Notes: generated from the sequence alone by a model not told the origin. DNA of 64,000 bases from an uncultured Candidatus Saccharibacteria bacterium (GCA_964467225.1 CAYXPQ010000002.1:7901-71900); one strand, 5' to 3'. Shown: positions 18,397 through 28,464, numbered from the stretch's first letter. A program made the numbers and translations.

Positions 18397-18807
18397 TTAA
18401 ATTATTTTTTTATTTTCAAAAGAAAGTATATCAGAACCATTCATAAATACAACAAACAATGCTACAGCTAATCCAACATCTCTGATAGCAGTCTCGCTAT
18501 AGCCAAGACTAATTGCAATTTCTATTAAATGTAGTGATAGAAGTAATGCCGATAATCTAACCTTCCAACCAATTATCAACATCAATGTAAAGATTAACTC
18601 AAAAGTAGCATTCAAATACACCAAAGTAGTTGCACTTAGGCCGGTCATTTGTACAGCAAAATTAGGTACATAGGCAGTCCAAAATCCAGTATTTCTGAAT
18701 TGTTCAATACTAAACCAAAGAACAATCGCGCCCATACCTAGTCTTAATACACTTGATCCATATTTCTCAAGATTTAATATAATATTTTGCATATATACAT
18801 TATACAC
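18397..18807 (-). CDS. DoxX-like small membrane protein
   Basis: 136 aa with four hydrophobic helices; DoxX-like topology. Confidence 0.4.
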   Translation of the reverse strand: MYNVYMQNIILNLEKYGSSVLRLGMGAIVLWFSIEQFRNTGFWTAYVPNFAVQMTGLSATTLVYLNATFELIFTLMLIIGWKVRLSALLLSLHLIEIAISLGYSETAIRDVGLAVALFVVFMNGSDILSFENKKII

Positions 18808-18826
18808 TATTAGTTTTATAATATTA

Positions 18827-19345
18827 ATGATGAAGTTTCTAAAATTACTATTAGTATTATTGATTTCTTCATACTTTATTTATTATATTAACAGCTATAC
18901 AGAATGGCATTTTCTAGATTATGTTAATTTAATATTTCACGAATCTGGACATACTATATTCTTTTTCTTTGGCGACTTCTTTAGAATATTAGCTGGAAGC
19001 TGGTTCCAAATGTTATTACCCTTAATAATTACTTTATATTTTTTCTGGAACCAACAGTTCGTATCTGGATCAATATGTCTTATGTGGTTCGGGCAAAACA
19101 TTATAAATGTTTCAATCTATATTAAAGATGCAATAGTAATGCAATTACCATTATTAGGTGGAGATTCTGTAATTCATGATTGGAACTACATATTAAATAA
19201 ATTGGGTCTATTACATTTATCACCAAATATCGCCTCAATTTTCTATTATTGTGGAATAATATTTATTATGATTGGTATTCTTTCTGCTGTATATTTTACA
19301 ATGAAAAATTATGAGAAAGAATCAAGCATGCAAACCTATCTGTAA
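18827..19345 (+). CDS. Hypothetical membrane protein with an HExxH motif (possible intramembrane metalloprotease-like)
   Basis: 172 aa and polytopic. The motif HESGH sits at the edge of a TM helix. Confidence 0.4.
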   Translation: MMKFLKLLLVLLISSYFIYYINSYTEWHFLDYVNLIFHESGHTIFFFFGDFFRILAGSWFQMLLPLIITLYFFWNQQFVSGSICLMWFGQNIINVSIYIKDAIVMQLPLLGGDSVIHDWNYILNKLGLLHLSPNIASIFYYCGIIFIMIGILSAVYFTMKNYEKESSMQTYL

Positions 19346-21115
19346 TTCATAAAGTCTCTTATATTCCCCTCCTTCTATCTTCAATAGTTCATCATGTGTA
19401 CCTGATTCTATAATCTTTCCATCCTTAAATACCAAAATTATGTCTGCCTTTCTAACTGTACTTAGTCTGTGAGCAACTATAAATGTTGTTTTACCTTTCA
19501 TTAATTCATCTAGAGACTCCGTAATTATTTTTTCTGATCCTGCATCCAGAGCAGAAGTTGGCTCATCTAGTATAAGTATTTTTGGATTTCGGAGCATTGC
19601 ACGAGCGATAGCGATTCTTTGTTTCTGACCAACAGAAAGCTTGACCCCTCTTTCTCCGACAATCTGCTCCCATTTATTAGGAAATTTCTCAATAAAATCT
19701 AGTGCATGAGCTTTCTTTGCCACATCTTTCACTTGTTCATCTGTAACATTGAAATTACCATATTTAATATTCATTAATATTGTATCGTTGAATAGAACTA
19801 CTTCTTGAGGGACGACAGCGATCTGTTGTCTTAATGACTTAAGATTTACATCATGTATACTGTAATTATCAATCAATAATTCACCTTTATTTGGGAAATG
19901 ATATCCAGAGATCAAATCTATCAAAGTACTTTTACCTACGCCTGATTCACCAACTAAAGCTATAACATTTCCCGCTTTTGCTTTAAAAGAAATATTCTCA
20001 AGAACTTGCTTGCCTGATTCGTATTGGAAATTTACATTTTTTAATTCAATATCGCCCTTTATATCTAATTTAACTGAGCCCTTTTTATCATATGGTTCTG
20101 TATCCAATTCTAGAATTTTCTCTGTTTCTTGAATGTTAACTATACCATTTTGAATTGTCTGCCAATTTCGAGCGATAACAATGAACGGTCCGAAAACCAT
20201 AGCAGCATATGTATTGAAAGCTATCAATTCACCTATTGTCATACTACCTTGTTGAATATAGTAGACAGATAAAATAAAAATAAGGATTTGAGTTACTAGA
20301 ATAGTCATTCTCTGGTATAAAGTTAGACTTCCCCACAAATTTGTTAATTTCATCCAGAGCGGCACGGCACTTTTCATTTTTGTTGAAAGTCTTTCTCTTT
20401 CATAATCTTCTGCACTTGCTTGCTTTATTGCCAAGGCATTCTCTACAACTCCATAAGATTCGCCAAATACAAAACTCAAAACATCCCAGTATTCTTTCTG
20501 ATATGCAGCAGTATGCTTGATCTTAGAAGAGAAAATAAAGATATATACAATAATTCCAATCAAAAGAAATAAAGCTAGAACTGGCTTTAAATAAAATGCT
20601 ATAGCAAATGCAATCAGAATACTTAGAATTTGTGGACTTAGATCAATCACAATTCTTCCCGCTATTGTTTCAAGTGCACTTGCAGCTACATTGATTTTGC
20701 TACTTATTTCCCCTATTTTATTAGTTTTATGAAATGAAGCAGGCAAAAGCAATAAATATCCAAAACCCTTACTAAGATAATCAAGCCAAATTACATTTGA
20801 AAATTTTTCACTTAGAATATTTATTTTCCAATCTAATACATATGTAATTAACTGAATAATTGCCCATAATATCAATAAAGCCAGATAAACTGGTATGAAA
20901 TAGTCAAAAATATTTACTTTCTCTGTGCTACTTATAACATCAAAAAATCTACCAACAATATATGGCACGAATCCATTGCCAATGGCAGAGAGAATTCCCA
21001 TTACACTAAGAGTGATTATCTCCTTTTTGTATTGGCTTATATACTTGAGGAGGACTTTGATTCCTGTATATAGATTTTCTTTATTTATTTTTTCAACTGT
21101 TTGTTGTTGTTCCAC
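19322..21115 (-). CDS. ABC transporter, fused permease/ATPase (type I exporter, MsbA-like)
   Basis: 597 aa with a 6-TM domain followed by Walker A GESGVGKST, signature LSVGQKQR and Walker B ILILDEPTSALD. Confidence 0.85.
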   Translation of the reverse strand: MEQQQTVEKINKENLYTGIKVLLKYISQYKKEIITLSVMGILSAIGNGFVPYIVGRFFDVISSTEKVNIFDYFIPVYLALLILWAIIQLITYVLDWKINILSEKFSNVIWLDYLSKGFGYLLLLPASFHKTNKIGEISSKINVAASALETIAGRIVIDLSPQILSILIAFAIAFYLKPVLALFLLIGIIVYIFIFSSKIKHTAAYQKEYWDVLSFVFGESYGVVENALAIKQASAEDYERERLSTKMKSAVPLWMKLTNLWGSLTLYQRMTILVTQILIFILSVYYIQQGSMTIGELIAFNTYAAMVFGPFIVIARNWQTIQNGIVNIQETEKILELDTEPYDKKGSVKLDIKGDIELKNVNFQYESGKQVLENISFKAKAGNVIALVGESGVGKSTLIDLISGYHFPNKGELLIDNYSIHDVNLKSLRQQIAVVPQEVVLFNDTILMNIKYGNFNVTDEQVKDVAKKAHALDFIEKFPNKWEQIVGERGVKLSVGQKQRIAIARAMLRNPKILILDEPTSALDAGSEKIITESLDELMKGKTTFIVAHRLSTVRKADIILVFKDGKIIESGTHDELLKIEGGEYKRLYELQIGLHA

Positions 21116-21273
21116 CCAGACACGATAACACGAAATTTTATCTATTCAAATAGCTATCATTGCCCAAACTAGTATAAAGAAAACAAGTAATATATCAATA
21201 GTAACGAGAAAATTACTTCTCAAACCAAACTGAATAGGAGTAAAGATTAAATTAAAAATTATATTTAAAATAG

Positions 21274-21303
21274 AAAACCCGCAACACATTTGTCGCGGGT
21301 TTT
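21274..21303 (-). terminator. Rho-independent terminator of the GC-rich secreted-protein gene
   Basis: The palindrome AAAACCCGC...GCGGGTTTT is followed by a T-run on the minus strand. Confidence 0.5.
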
Positions 21304-21332
21304 GAAAACAAACGGCAGTCACCCAGATTACT

Positions 21333-21938
21333 CTACTGTGTCCGAGTCACCGAGTACGATCCATCAAAGTGGACCACAACACGATACTTCACAACAGCTG
21401 TACCGTTCGTGATGTAAATGGGAAAATTGATCTTCCCAATACTTTTTTCCTCAAGCTGAAGTGCCAAGGAGAAAACCGGCAAGTTATTTGGTCCTGTCGA
21501 GGTATTATAATATCCCGAAGGAAAAGTCAGAGTAACGATCACATCTCGGACGGTTCTATACGAAATTCCGTCCATGTAATCGGTCCCAAAGTACTTGAAA
21601 TAACAGAGGGTTTCCTTGACCTTTATCCAACTGATAGTCGGAAAATAGTAGTTGGGTACCTCGTACGAATATGATTCATACGGCAAGGTTTTTTTGACAT
21701 TTTCATGCTCAAGACCCCAAGAATTCAGGGTAATGTTTTTTCCATTTTCGGTGTACTGGATAATCGGTTCTGCCGTCTTTGCGGTGTAGAAAAGGGGTAA
21801 ATCATCCCCAGTGTACACCACCCCAGCAGTATCGAAATACCGAATCGTCAGATTCAGTCCGTAGGCGTAGCCAGAGACTGAACCAAACATGGCTATCATT
21901 GCCACCAATATCAAAACCAGCATCTTGATACTTTTCAT
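21333..21938 (-). CDS. Secreted hypothetical protein; GC-rich gene, probable horizontal acquisition
   Basis: 201 aa with a signal peptide (MKSIKMLVLILVAMIAMFGSVSGYA). The gene is visibly GC-richer than its neighbours and has a dedicated terminator. Confidence 0.45.
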   Translation of the reverse strand: MKSIKMLVLILVAMIAMFGSVSGYAYGLNLTIRYFDTAGVVYTGDDLPLFYTAKTAEPIIQYTENGKNITLNSWGLEHENVKKTLPYESYSYEVPNYYFPTISWIKVKETLCYFKYFGTDYMDGISYRTVRDVIVTLTFPSGYYNTSTGPNNLPVFSLALQLEEKSIGKINFPIYITNGTAVVKYRVVVHFDGSYSVTRTQ

Positions 21939-22219
21939 GCGTTGCTATCCTCTTAGCTTCTGTTGTTTTTGGTTGTCAAATGCACTCAAATGAAGATCCT
22001 CGTTCTTCTTAAGTGCAAAAAAGAACCTAACACACTCTATATAAAAAGTCAATATATACCCCTATTTCCTTTCTTGACTCATATAATTACTCCACAAAGC
22101 CTTAATACCCTCTCTATTTCTCTCCTCTTCTGACACATCTGTGTTTATATCTACATTCTGGATACAATTCCAGAATCTATCTCGGTTATCATAAAAAAAT
22201 TATAACACAAAGGCCGCCA

Positions 22220-22594
22220 CTAAATGACGGCCTTGAGTTCGAAGACCACGACTCCAAGATCTTCGTAGCACCTGGAGTAAAGTTGTCTCAACCCACTAAG
22301 CACTTGCTCTGCAGTCCATCCAGGCATTATTCTTCCAGGATTTTCTACTTTAAGCATTGAATCGAAATTTTCATATTTTCTAACACCCACCACCCTACAC
22401 TTCACAGTATCAGAAAATATGATGTTATCCCCAACAGCCACCTCACTAAAAAATCTTTGAGAGGTTCTAACTTCTAAATCCTTTTGACCAGATACTATGA
22501 GAGGGATTACTCTCTCAAACATACGGAAATGGTGAGTTTTCAATTTGTTCTCCTTTCTATAATAGAGAATATTACTTACGATATCTAAAGTCAA
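22220..22594 (-). CDS. ASCH (PUA-like) domain protein
   Basis: 124 aa. A beta-barrel ASCH-like pattern is present (LIVSGQKDLEVR...), and the gene is tightly linked to the MGMT-like gene. Confidence 0.55.
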   Translation of the reverse strand: MTLDIVSNILYYRKENKLKTHHFRMFERVIPLIVSGQKDLEVRTSQRFFSEVAVGDNIIFSDTVKCRVVGVRKYENFDSMLKVENPGRIMPGWTAEQVLSGLRQLYSRCYEDLGVVVFELKAVI

Positions 22595-22876
22595 TTAAAA
22601 TACCACACCCTCACTCAGTAATAATTTCCTTTTTTCTCCAGTACCTCCCTTACCAGAATAACCACCTAATTTACCATCATTCCTTATTACCCTATGACAT
22701 GGTATCTCCACAATCAACGGATTTGCACCTACCGCGTTTGCTACTGCTCTATATGCATTTGGCTTGCCTATTTTAATTGCTAATTCTTTATATGTAATAA
22801 TTTTACCTTTTGGAACTTTAGATATTTCTTTCCAAACCCTCTTTTGAAATTCTGTGCCTTTTAAGTTTTTGATCAT
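22595..22876 (-). CDS. ogt: Methylated-DNA--protein-cysteine methyltransferase (MGMT/Ogt) C-terminal domain protein
   Basis: 93 aa with the active-site motif IPCHRVI and a wHTH. Confidence 0.75.
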   Translation of the reverse strand: MIKNLKGTEFQKRVWKEISKVPKGKIITYKELAIKIGKPNAYRAVANAVGANPLIVEIPCHRVIRNDGKLGGYSGKGGTGEKRKLLLSEGVVF

Positions 22877-22956
22877 ACAAAATTTGTTGCCTATGCGGTG
22901 CGATGTTTGATATATTATACAATATAATTTATCTAGATACGAAGGTTGGGTATGAT

Positions 22957-23544
22957 TTAAGAAAACAAATCATTCACAAGAATTTCTTTTATATCAGGGA
23001 ATACTTCTTTAATAACACTAACTAATTTATCATATTTTCTATAGGAAACTGGATTTTTATAAAATCGAAGTTCATTGTATCTTTCGTTATGAAAAATATA
23101 CAAAGAGCATTCTGAGCTATCTCTTGAGATATTTACATTTTTGTTCTTAATTCTACTACCATCTTGTCTAATACGAACAAGTCCCCCTAAAAGATAAAGA
23201 ATACTTTGGAAGGTGAAATCATTAAAACGTATTATAACTGCAGACTCATACCCTTGGTAGTTTTTAAATTTATTATGAGCATCACTTATATCACTCTTAT
23301 AACGGTTAGACAAAGTCTCTAGATTTCTAGTGCGTATAAAAAGAGGATTTGAAAGATTTAATTCTGGTGGACTTTCTGAAAAATCATCTTTCACTTCAAT
23401 TACCAATTTCTCTGTGTGATTTACTAGATCTGCAGATTTAATGTTTTTATAATCTTCTTCCTTATCTCCCATTAACCAGCCATTATTAACCTTAATAAGA
23501 TTTTTTAATAAATTCTGTATGTATTCAATTTCTCCTATATTCAT
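22957..23544 (-). CDS. Hypothetical protein
   Basis: 195-aa ORF ending 3 bp from tRNA-Gln. No motif recognised. Confidence 0.4.
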   Translation of the reverse strand: MNIGEIEYIQNLLKNLIKVNNGWLMGDKEEDYKNIKSADLVNHTEKLVIEVKDDFSESPPELNLSNPLFIRTRNLETLSNRYKSDISDAHNKFKNYQGYESAVIIRFNDFTFQSILYLLGGLVRIRQDGSRIKNKNVNISRDSSECSLYIFHNERYNELRFYKNPVSYRKYDKLVSVIKEVFPDIKEILVNDLFS

Positions 23545-23547
23545 TCG

Positions 23548-23618
23548 GCTGCCGGACTTGGAATCGAACCAAAATTCTCGCTTTCAGAGAGCGATGTCCT
23601 ACCTTTAGACGATCCGGC
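23548..23618 (-). tRNA. tRNA-Gln (anticodon CTG)
   Basis: Cloverleaf with the bacterial Gln hallmark U1-A72, anticodon stem TCGCT/AGCGA, loop CTCTGAA and T-arm TTTGG-TTCGATT-CCAAG. Confidence 0.85.
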
Positions 23619-23712
23619 AATACCTCTATAAAATACATTAAAAATATAGATTGTTCAAGGAGGTAAAATGAGAAAGCACCCTATCATTTCTATATGATGC
23701 AGTCTTTAAATT

Positions 23713-24228
23713 TTAACAATTTACACAGTATCCTGGATATGACGCAGCTTCATCTACATGCGATCTACAGTAACCGGAAACACAGTAGTATAAAGCGCTG
23801 TTAACATTGAAGCCACTTGCCCATGACTCATTCGGAAATTTACAGGTAGAAATATTTCCACCAGCTGGACAAAACCTTACACTAATTTGATAGATTTTTT
23901 GTCCTACATGGTCTGGGTCATCCCAATTTTCCCAGTCATAATAACTACCAGGCCAAGATGGGCGTGGCCATGAACTGGTCGTAAGATATGATGTAAAAGC
24001 AGCGGGGAGGTCTCTTGCTGTATCTGGTGGATATACATAATTGTTGTCCATGAGGTATAAAGTCAAGGCTCTTTCTAAAGATCTAAATTCAAGCTTTGTT
24101 CTTGAGAGATTAGCTTTATTTTTTGCTGAACTCATTGAAGCCAATACAACTGTTGATAATAAGCCTATTATAGAGATGACAATTAAAAGTTCTATAAGAG
24201 TAAATCCGCCCTTTATGTTATACATCAT
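23713..24228 (-). CDS. Type IV pilin / pseudopilin (prepilin N-methylation motif)
   Basis: 171 aa. It has the class III signal GFTLIELLIVISIIGLL and a Cys-rich C-terminus, and its GC is above the local average. Confidence 0.75.
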   Translation of the reverse strand: MMYNIKGGFTLIELLIVISIIGLLSTVVLASMSSAKNKANLSRTKLEFRSLERALTLYLMDNNYVYPPDTARDLPAAFTSYLTTSSWPRPSWPGSYYDWENWDDPDHVGQKIYQISVRFCPAGGNISTCKFPNESWASGFNVNSALYYCVSGYCRSHVDEAASYPGYCVNC

Positions 24229-24238
24229 AAGTATATAT

Positions 24239-25918
24239 CTATTTTTTATTCCTCTTCAACCCCGCTTTTATAAATGCTGTAAACAAAGGATGAGGATTAA
24301 GTGGTCTAGCTAGAAATTCTGGGTGAAATTGGGTACCAAGAAAAAATGGATGCACTGATGATGGCAATTCAGCTATTTCACATAATTTGTGATCAGGAGA
24401 AACACCAGAGAAAACAAGCCCAGCATCTTCTAGACTCTTTACATATGCGGGATTTACTTCATAACGATGTCTGTGTCTCTCAAAAATAATATCTTTGCCA
24501 TATGCTTCACGAGCTATAGTTCCCTTTTTCAATCTAGCTTCATAACAACCCAATCTCATACTTCCACCGTAATCTTTCTCTAATAATTTCTTCTTTTGAT
24601 CTGGCATAATATCGATAATAATATGCTGTGACTTTGGATTGATCTCTGTAGTATGTGCTCCTACTAGACCGAGAACATTGCGCGCATATTCAATAGTCAT
24701 AAGTTGCATGCCATAACATAATCCAAAGTATGGAATTTTGTTCTCTCTAGCATATTTAATAACATTCAACTTTCCTTCAATTCCAGTCTCTCCGAACCCT
24801 CCTGGAACAAGTATTCCATCATATTTATCTAGAACAGAATAATCAGGCTTTCCTTTCTCAAAGTCTAAAGCATTAATAGTACTAATCTTTGCTTTTGCTC
24901 CTTGCGAACAAGCAGAGTATTTAATAGCTTCCAAAACCGAAAGATACGCATCCGTAAGTACAAAATCACCAGTATTAAAATACTTACCAACAATAGCTAT
25001 ATTTACTTCTTTTTTGCCATTTTTGATAGCACTTGCAAACTTTGACCATTCGAGCAGGCCTGTGCTCTTTTTCTTTTTTAGATTTAAAGATTTTAAAAGA
25101 GTATCGCCTAATTTATCCTTTTCAAAATTAATTGGTACATCATAAATACTTTCTATATCGGGTGCCGCAATAACATTCTCTTTCAAGATATTGCAAGTAA
25201 AAGCTAATTTTTCTTTCCTCTTTTCATCAATAGGCAATTCACTTCTTGCTATGATGAAATCCGCTTGAACTCCGCAAGAATTAAGCTGTTTAATAGCATT
25301 CTGAGTTGGTTTTGATTTCATTTCCCCAATTTTACTTGGAATTGGAAGAAATGAAACCATAATAAAAATCACATCCTTAGGATGGCGCAACTTAAGTACA
25401 CGTGCTGCTTCAATAAACATAATATTCTGATAGTCGCCAATAGTTCCACCGATCTCAACTATAGAAATATCACTATTATTTAATTTGGCAGAATGCTCTA
25501 TTCTTCTTACTATTTCTTCACGGACATTATCAGAATCTACACATTTACCTTTGTATTCAAGAGCTCTCTCTTTATCAATTACACTTTTATAAATCATTCC
25601 ACTGGTCATATAGTCATCATTGGTAAGATCATGATTTAGAAATCTTTCATAATTTCCCATATCTTGATCAGTTTCGAGACCAGAATTCAAAACAAAAACC
25701 TCACCATGTTCGGTGGGGTTCATCGTTCCTGCGTCGACGTTTAAATATGGATCAACTTTGACCAAATTTACCTTATATCCCTTCCCTTCTAAAATCGTAC
25801 CAATCGATGAAGTAGCTATTCCTTTACCGACTCCTGACATTACGCCTCCTACTACAAAAATATATTTATGATTTCCTTTCTGGTTTTTATCTTTCATAAA
25901 AACCATTGTATCAAACAC
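24239..25918 (-). CDS. pyrG: CTP synthase
   Basis: 559 aa with an N-terminal synthetase domain and a C-terminal GATase (GLCYGMQL, HPEF). Confidence 0.95.
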   Translation of the reverse strand: MFDTMVFMKDKNQKGNHKYIFVVGGVMSGVGKGIATSSIGTILEGKGYKVNLVKVDPYLNVDAGTMNPTEHGEVFVLNSGLETDQDMGNYERFLNHDLTNDDYMTSGMIYKSVIDKERALEYKGKCVDSDNVREEIVRRIEHSAKLNNSDISIVEIGGTIGDYQNIMFIEAARVLKLRHPKDVIFIMVSFLPIPSKIGEMKSKPTQNAIKQLNSCGVQADFIIARSELPIDEKRKEKLAFTCNILKENVIAAPDIESIYDVPINFEKDKLGDTLLKSLNLKKKKSTGLLEWSKFASAIKNGKKEVNIAIVGKYFNTGDFVLTDAYLSVLEAIKYSACSQGAKAKISTINALDFEKGKPDYSVLDKYDGILVPGGFGETGIEGKLNVIKYARENKIPYFGLCYGMQLMTIEYARNVLGLVGAHTTEINPKSQHIIIDIMPDQKKKLLEKDYGGSMRLGCYEARLKKGTIAREAYGKDIIFERHRHRYEVNPAYVKSLEDAGLVFSGVSPDHKLCEIAELPSSVHPFFLGTQFHPEFLARPLNPHPLFTAFIKAGLKRNKK

Positions 25919-25920
25919 AA

Positions 25921-26877
25921 TTAAAATCTCAAATATCTCTTTACGGCGATATAGCTAGATATTGCACCCAATACTACTCCAGAACCAACTATTAAGATAA
26001 AGATCTGCGTGAAATTATTAATAAAATATGATGAGAAAATATTCACTAATAGTTCAAAATCTTTTGCTCCTTGTACGCCTGCTAATTTTAGAATTAATAA
26101 ATCACTATAATAAGCAAAGACTCCAAGAATAACTAGAGTAAGAACAGAAGAGAATAGTCCGTACATAATACCTGAAACAACAAATGGGCCTCTTATATAG
26201 AAATTTGATGCACCGACAAGTCTCATAACAGATATTTCATCTTTTGCTGTGAAGATAATGAGCCTAATAGTATTCAAAGTGATTATCATCGCAACTATTA
26301 TCAAAATAAGAGCAATCATTGAACCAATCTTTTCAATCGCAGGAATTATTCTTCCTAATCTCTCAATTATTAATTTATTCTGATTATAATTTACTTTCTC
26401 TAATATACTTATTCCATCTTTTGTAGAGGAGTTCTTACTGTCCAAAAAATGTGCAATACCTGCATATTGAGAAGGCTCTTTTGCTTTGATATTAAGTACT
26501 GCAGGGAAAGGATTATCGCCGATTTCTTCTAAACCCTGTAATATAAGAGTATTGTCCTTCCATTTATTCTTAAAATCAGTAAGAGCTTGTGCTCGTGAAA
26601 TATATTCTACTCTATCCACCTCTGGCAAATTCTCAATAGTCTTTTTTAAAGAAAGTATATCAGTTTCAGGAGCATCCAGAGTGAAATATACATTTATATC
26701 CACCTTACTCTTTACTTCTGATATTAAAGCCCTTCCAAATGCTGAACCAAATATTAATGCTCCAAATACCACCAATGACAGAGTAATCACAACAATAGCT
26801 GAAAAAGATAGAAATCCATTTCTCCAAAAATTAATAAAGCCTGATTTAGTTATTCTCTTAAAATGTGTGAATATCAT
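25921..26877 (-). CDS. ftsX: Cell-division ABC permease FtsX
   Basis: 318 aa with 4 TM and a large extracellular loop, directly following ftsE. Confidence 0.8.
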   Translation of the reverse strand: MIFTHFKRITKSGFINFWRNGFLSFSAIVVITLSLVVFGALIFGSAFGRALISEVKSKVDINVYFTLDAPETDILSLKKTIENLPEVDRVEYISRAQALTDFKNKWKDNTLILQGLEEIGDNPFPAVLNIKAKEPSQYAGIAHFLDSKNSSTKDGISILEKVNYNQNKLIIERLGRIIPAIEKIGSMIALILIIVAMIITLNTIRLIIFTAKDEISVMRLVGASNFYIRGPFVVSGIMYGLFSSVLTLVILGVFAYYSDLLILKLAGVQGAKDFELLVNIFSSYFINNFTQIFILIVGSGVVLGAISSYIAVKRYLRF

Positions 26878-27554
26878 AATATATATTTACCATCTATATC
26901 ATCACGAATAATTTTACCCTTTTCCATTGTAATTACTCTGCCACTTACTTCATCAACCACTCCTTTATTATGAGTAGTTAATAGAACAGTTGTACCAAGA
27001 TTGTGGATTTTTTGTAGTATTTTAATTATTTCAAAAGTATTAATAGGATCAAGATTACCAGTTGGTTCATCAGCAATTATTATATCAGGCTGAGTGACAA
27101 TAGCACGAGCTATTGCTACTCTTTGTTTCTCTCCACCAGAGAGTTCATGTGGGAAATTCCAAATCTTATTACCCAGATCCACGAGTTCCAATACATGTGG
27201 CACATCAGAAGCTATTTCTGCATCTGTTCTACCTGAAGCCTCCATTGCAAAAGCAATATTTTCATATGCAGTTTTATTGGGTATAAGTCTAAAATCCTGA
27301 AAAACAGTACCAATTCTTCTTCTAAGCTTGTTCATTTCACCTTTTTTGAGTCGATGAATATTTGCAGATTCAAAGAATACAGTCCCATCACTAGGCCTAT
27401 CTTCTGCAATGAGCATCTTGATAAGAGTAGTCTTACCTGCCCCTGAGTGTCCGACAATAGTAATAAATTCATTAGGCTGAACACCGAAACTTACTTGATC
27501 GAGCGCAACAGAATCATCTGGATATACTTTTGAGACTTTATCAAAATAAATCAT
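26874..27554 (-). CDS. ftsE: Cell-division ABC ATPase FtsE
   Basis: 226 aa with Walker A GHSGAGKTT, signature LSGGEKQR and Walker B. Confidence 0.9.
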   Translation of the reverse strand: MIYFDKVSKVYPDDSVALDQVSFGVQPNEFITIVGHSGAGKTTLIKMLIAEDRPSDGTVFFESANIHRLKKGEMNKLRRRIGTVFQDFRLIPNKTAYENIAFAMEASGRTDAEIASDVPHVLELVDLGNKIWNFPHELSGGEKQRVAIARAIVTQPDIIIADEPTGNLDPINTFEIIKILQKIHNLGTTVLLTTHNKGVVDEVSGRVITMEKGKIIRDDIDGKYIL

Positions 27555-27561
27555 GAAATAA

Positions 27562-28449
27562 TTATATCATATTTTTCTCTGCTACAATAAATTCTTCAAT
27601 TTCACCATCCAAAACTTTCTCAACTTGGGAAGTTTCTACATTTGTTCTGTGGTCCTTCACCATTTTGTATGGATGAAAAACATATGAGCGAATTTGATTT
27701 CCCCATTCTATTGCAGTTGTCTTGCTAATATACATACCCTTTTCTTTAGCAATTCTTTCTTCCTCTATCTTTTTAAATAATTTACCCTTTAGAATATCCA
27801 TAGCTTTCTCCTTGTTCTGAACTTGAGATCTTTCTGATGTTACATGTACAGAAAGACCTGTAGGTTTGTGAACTATTCTTACTGCTGTCTCTCTTTTGTT
27901 CACATTTTGTCCTCCAGGGCCTCCTGACTTCGCAATTGAAATCTCCAAATCCTTCTCAGATAAATCTAGATCCGTGCTATTTGTCTTCTCAAACTTAGGA
28001 ATTACCTCAACCATGGAGAAGGAAGTATGGCGAAGTTGCTTGGCATTAAAGGGGGAAATTCTTACTAGACGATGAACTCCACTTTCATTCTTTAATATTC
28101 CATATACGCCCTTACCGACAAATTCTACTGTTATATTTCTGTAACCTCCATGATCATTATCATTACTGTGAATCAATTCCATTCCCCATCCATTCCTTTC
28201 TGCAAATTTTCTATACATTCTATATAGAATAGCTGAGAAATCTTCTGCATCATCCCCGCCTGCACCAGAGAAAATTGTCATGATCGCATTGCCTTTATCA
28301 AATTTACCTATACCTTCCAATGTGTCTTTGAGATCTTGAAGTTCCTTAATCATTGACTGAGCTTTATTGGGATTATTCCAAAAGTCAGGTGCCTGCATCG
28401 CTGATTCTATTTCTTCTATTCTTTTTTGGGTGTTTTGTTTTGAATCCAT
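27562..28449 (-). CDS. prfB: Peptide chain release factor 2 (short N-terminus, no +1 frameshift site)
   Basis: The SPF tripeptide (RISPFNAKQ) and GGQ motif (GGPGGQNVNK) are present. The track ORF starts at a TTG that overlaps tRNA-Thr, and the first ATG (MDSKQ...) gives 295 aa. Confidence 0.85.
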   Translation of the reverse strand: MDSKQNTQKRIEEIESAMQAPDFWNNPNKAQSMIKELQDLKDTLEGIGKFDKGNAIMTIFSGAGGDDAEDFSAILYRMYRKFAERNGWGMELIHSNDNDHGGYRNITVEFVGKGVYGILKNESGVHRLVRISPFNAKQLRHTSFSMVEVIPKFEKTNSTDLDLSEKDLEISIAKSGGPGGQNVNKRETAVRIVHKPTGLSVHVTSERSQVQNKEKAMDILKGKLFKKIEEERIAKEKGMYISKTTAIEWGNQIRSYVFHPYKMVKDHRTNVETSQVEKVLDGEIEEFIVAEKNMI

Positions 28450-28464
28450 GTTAATTATTCTGTG

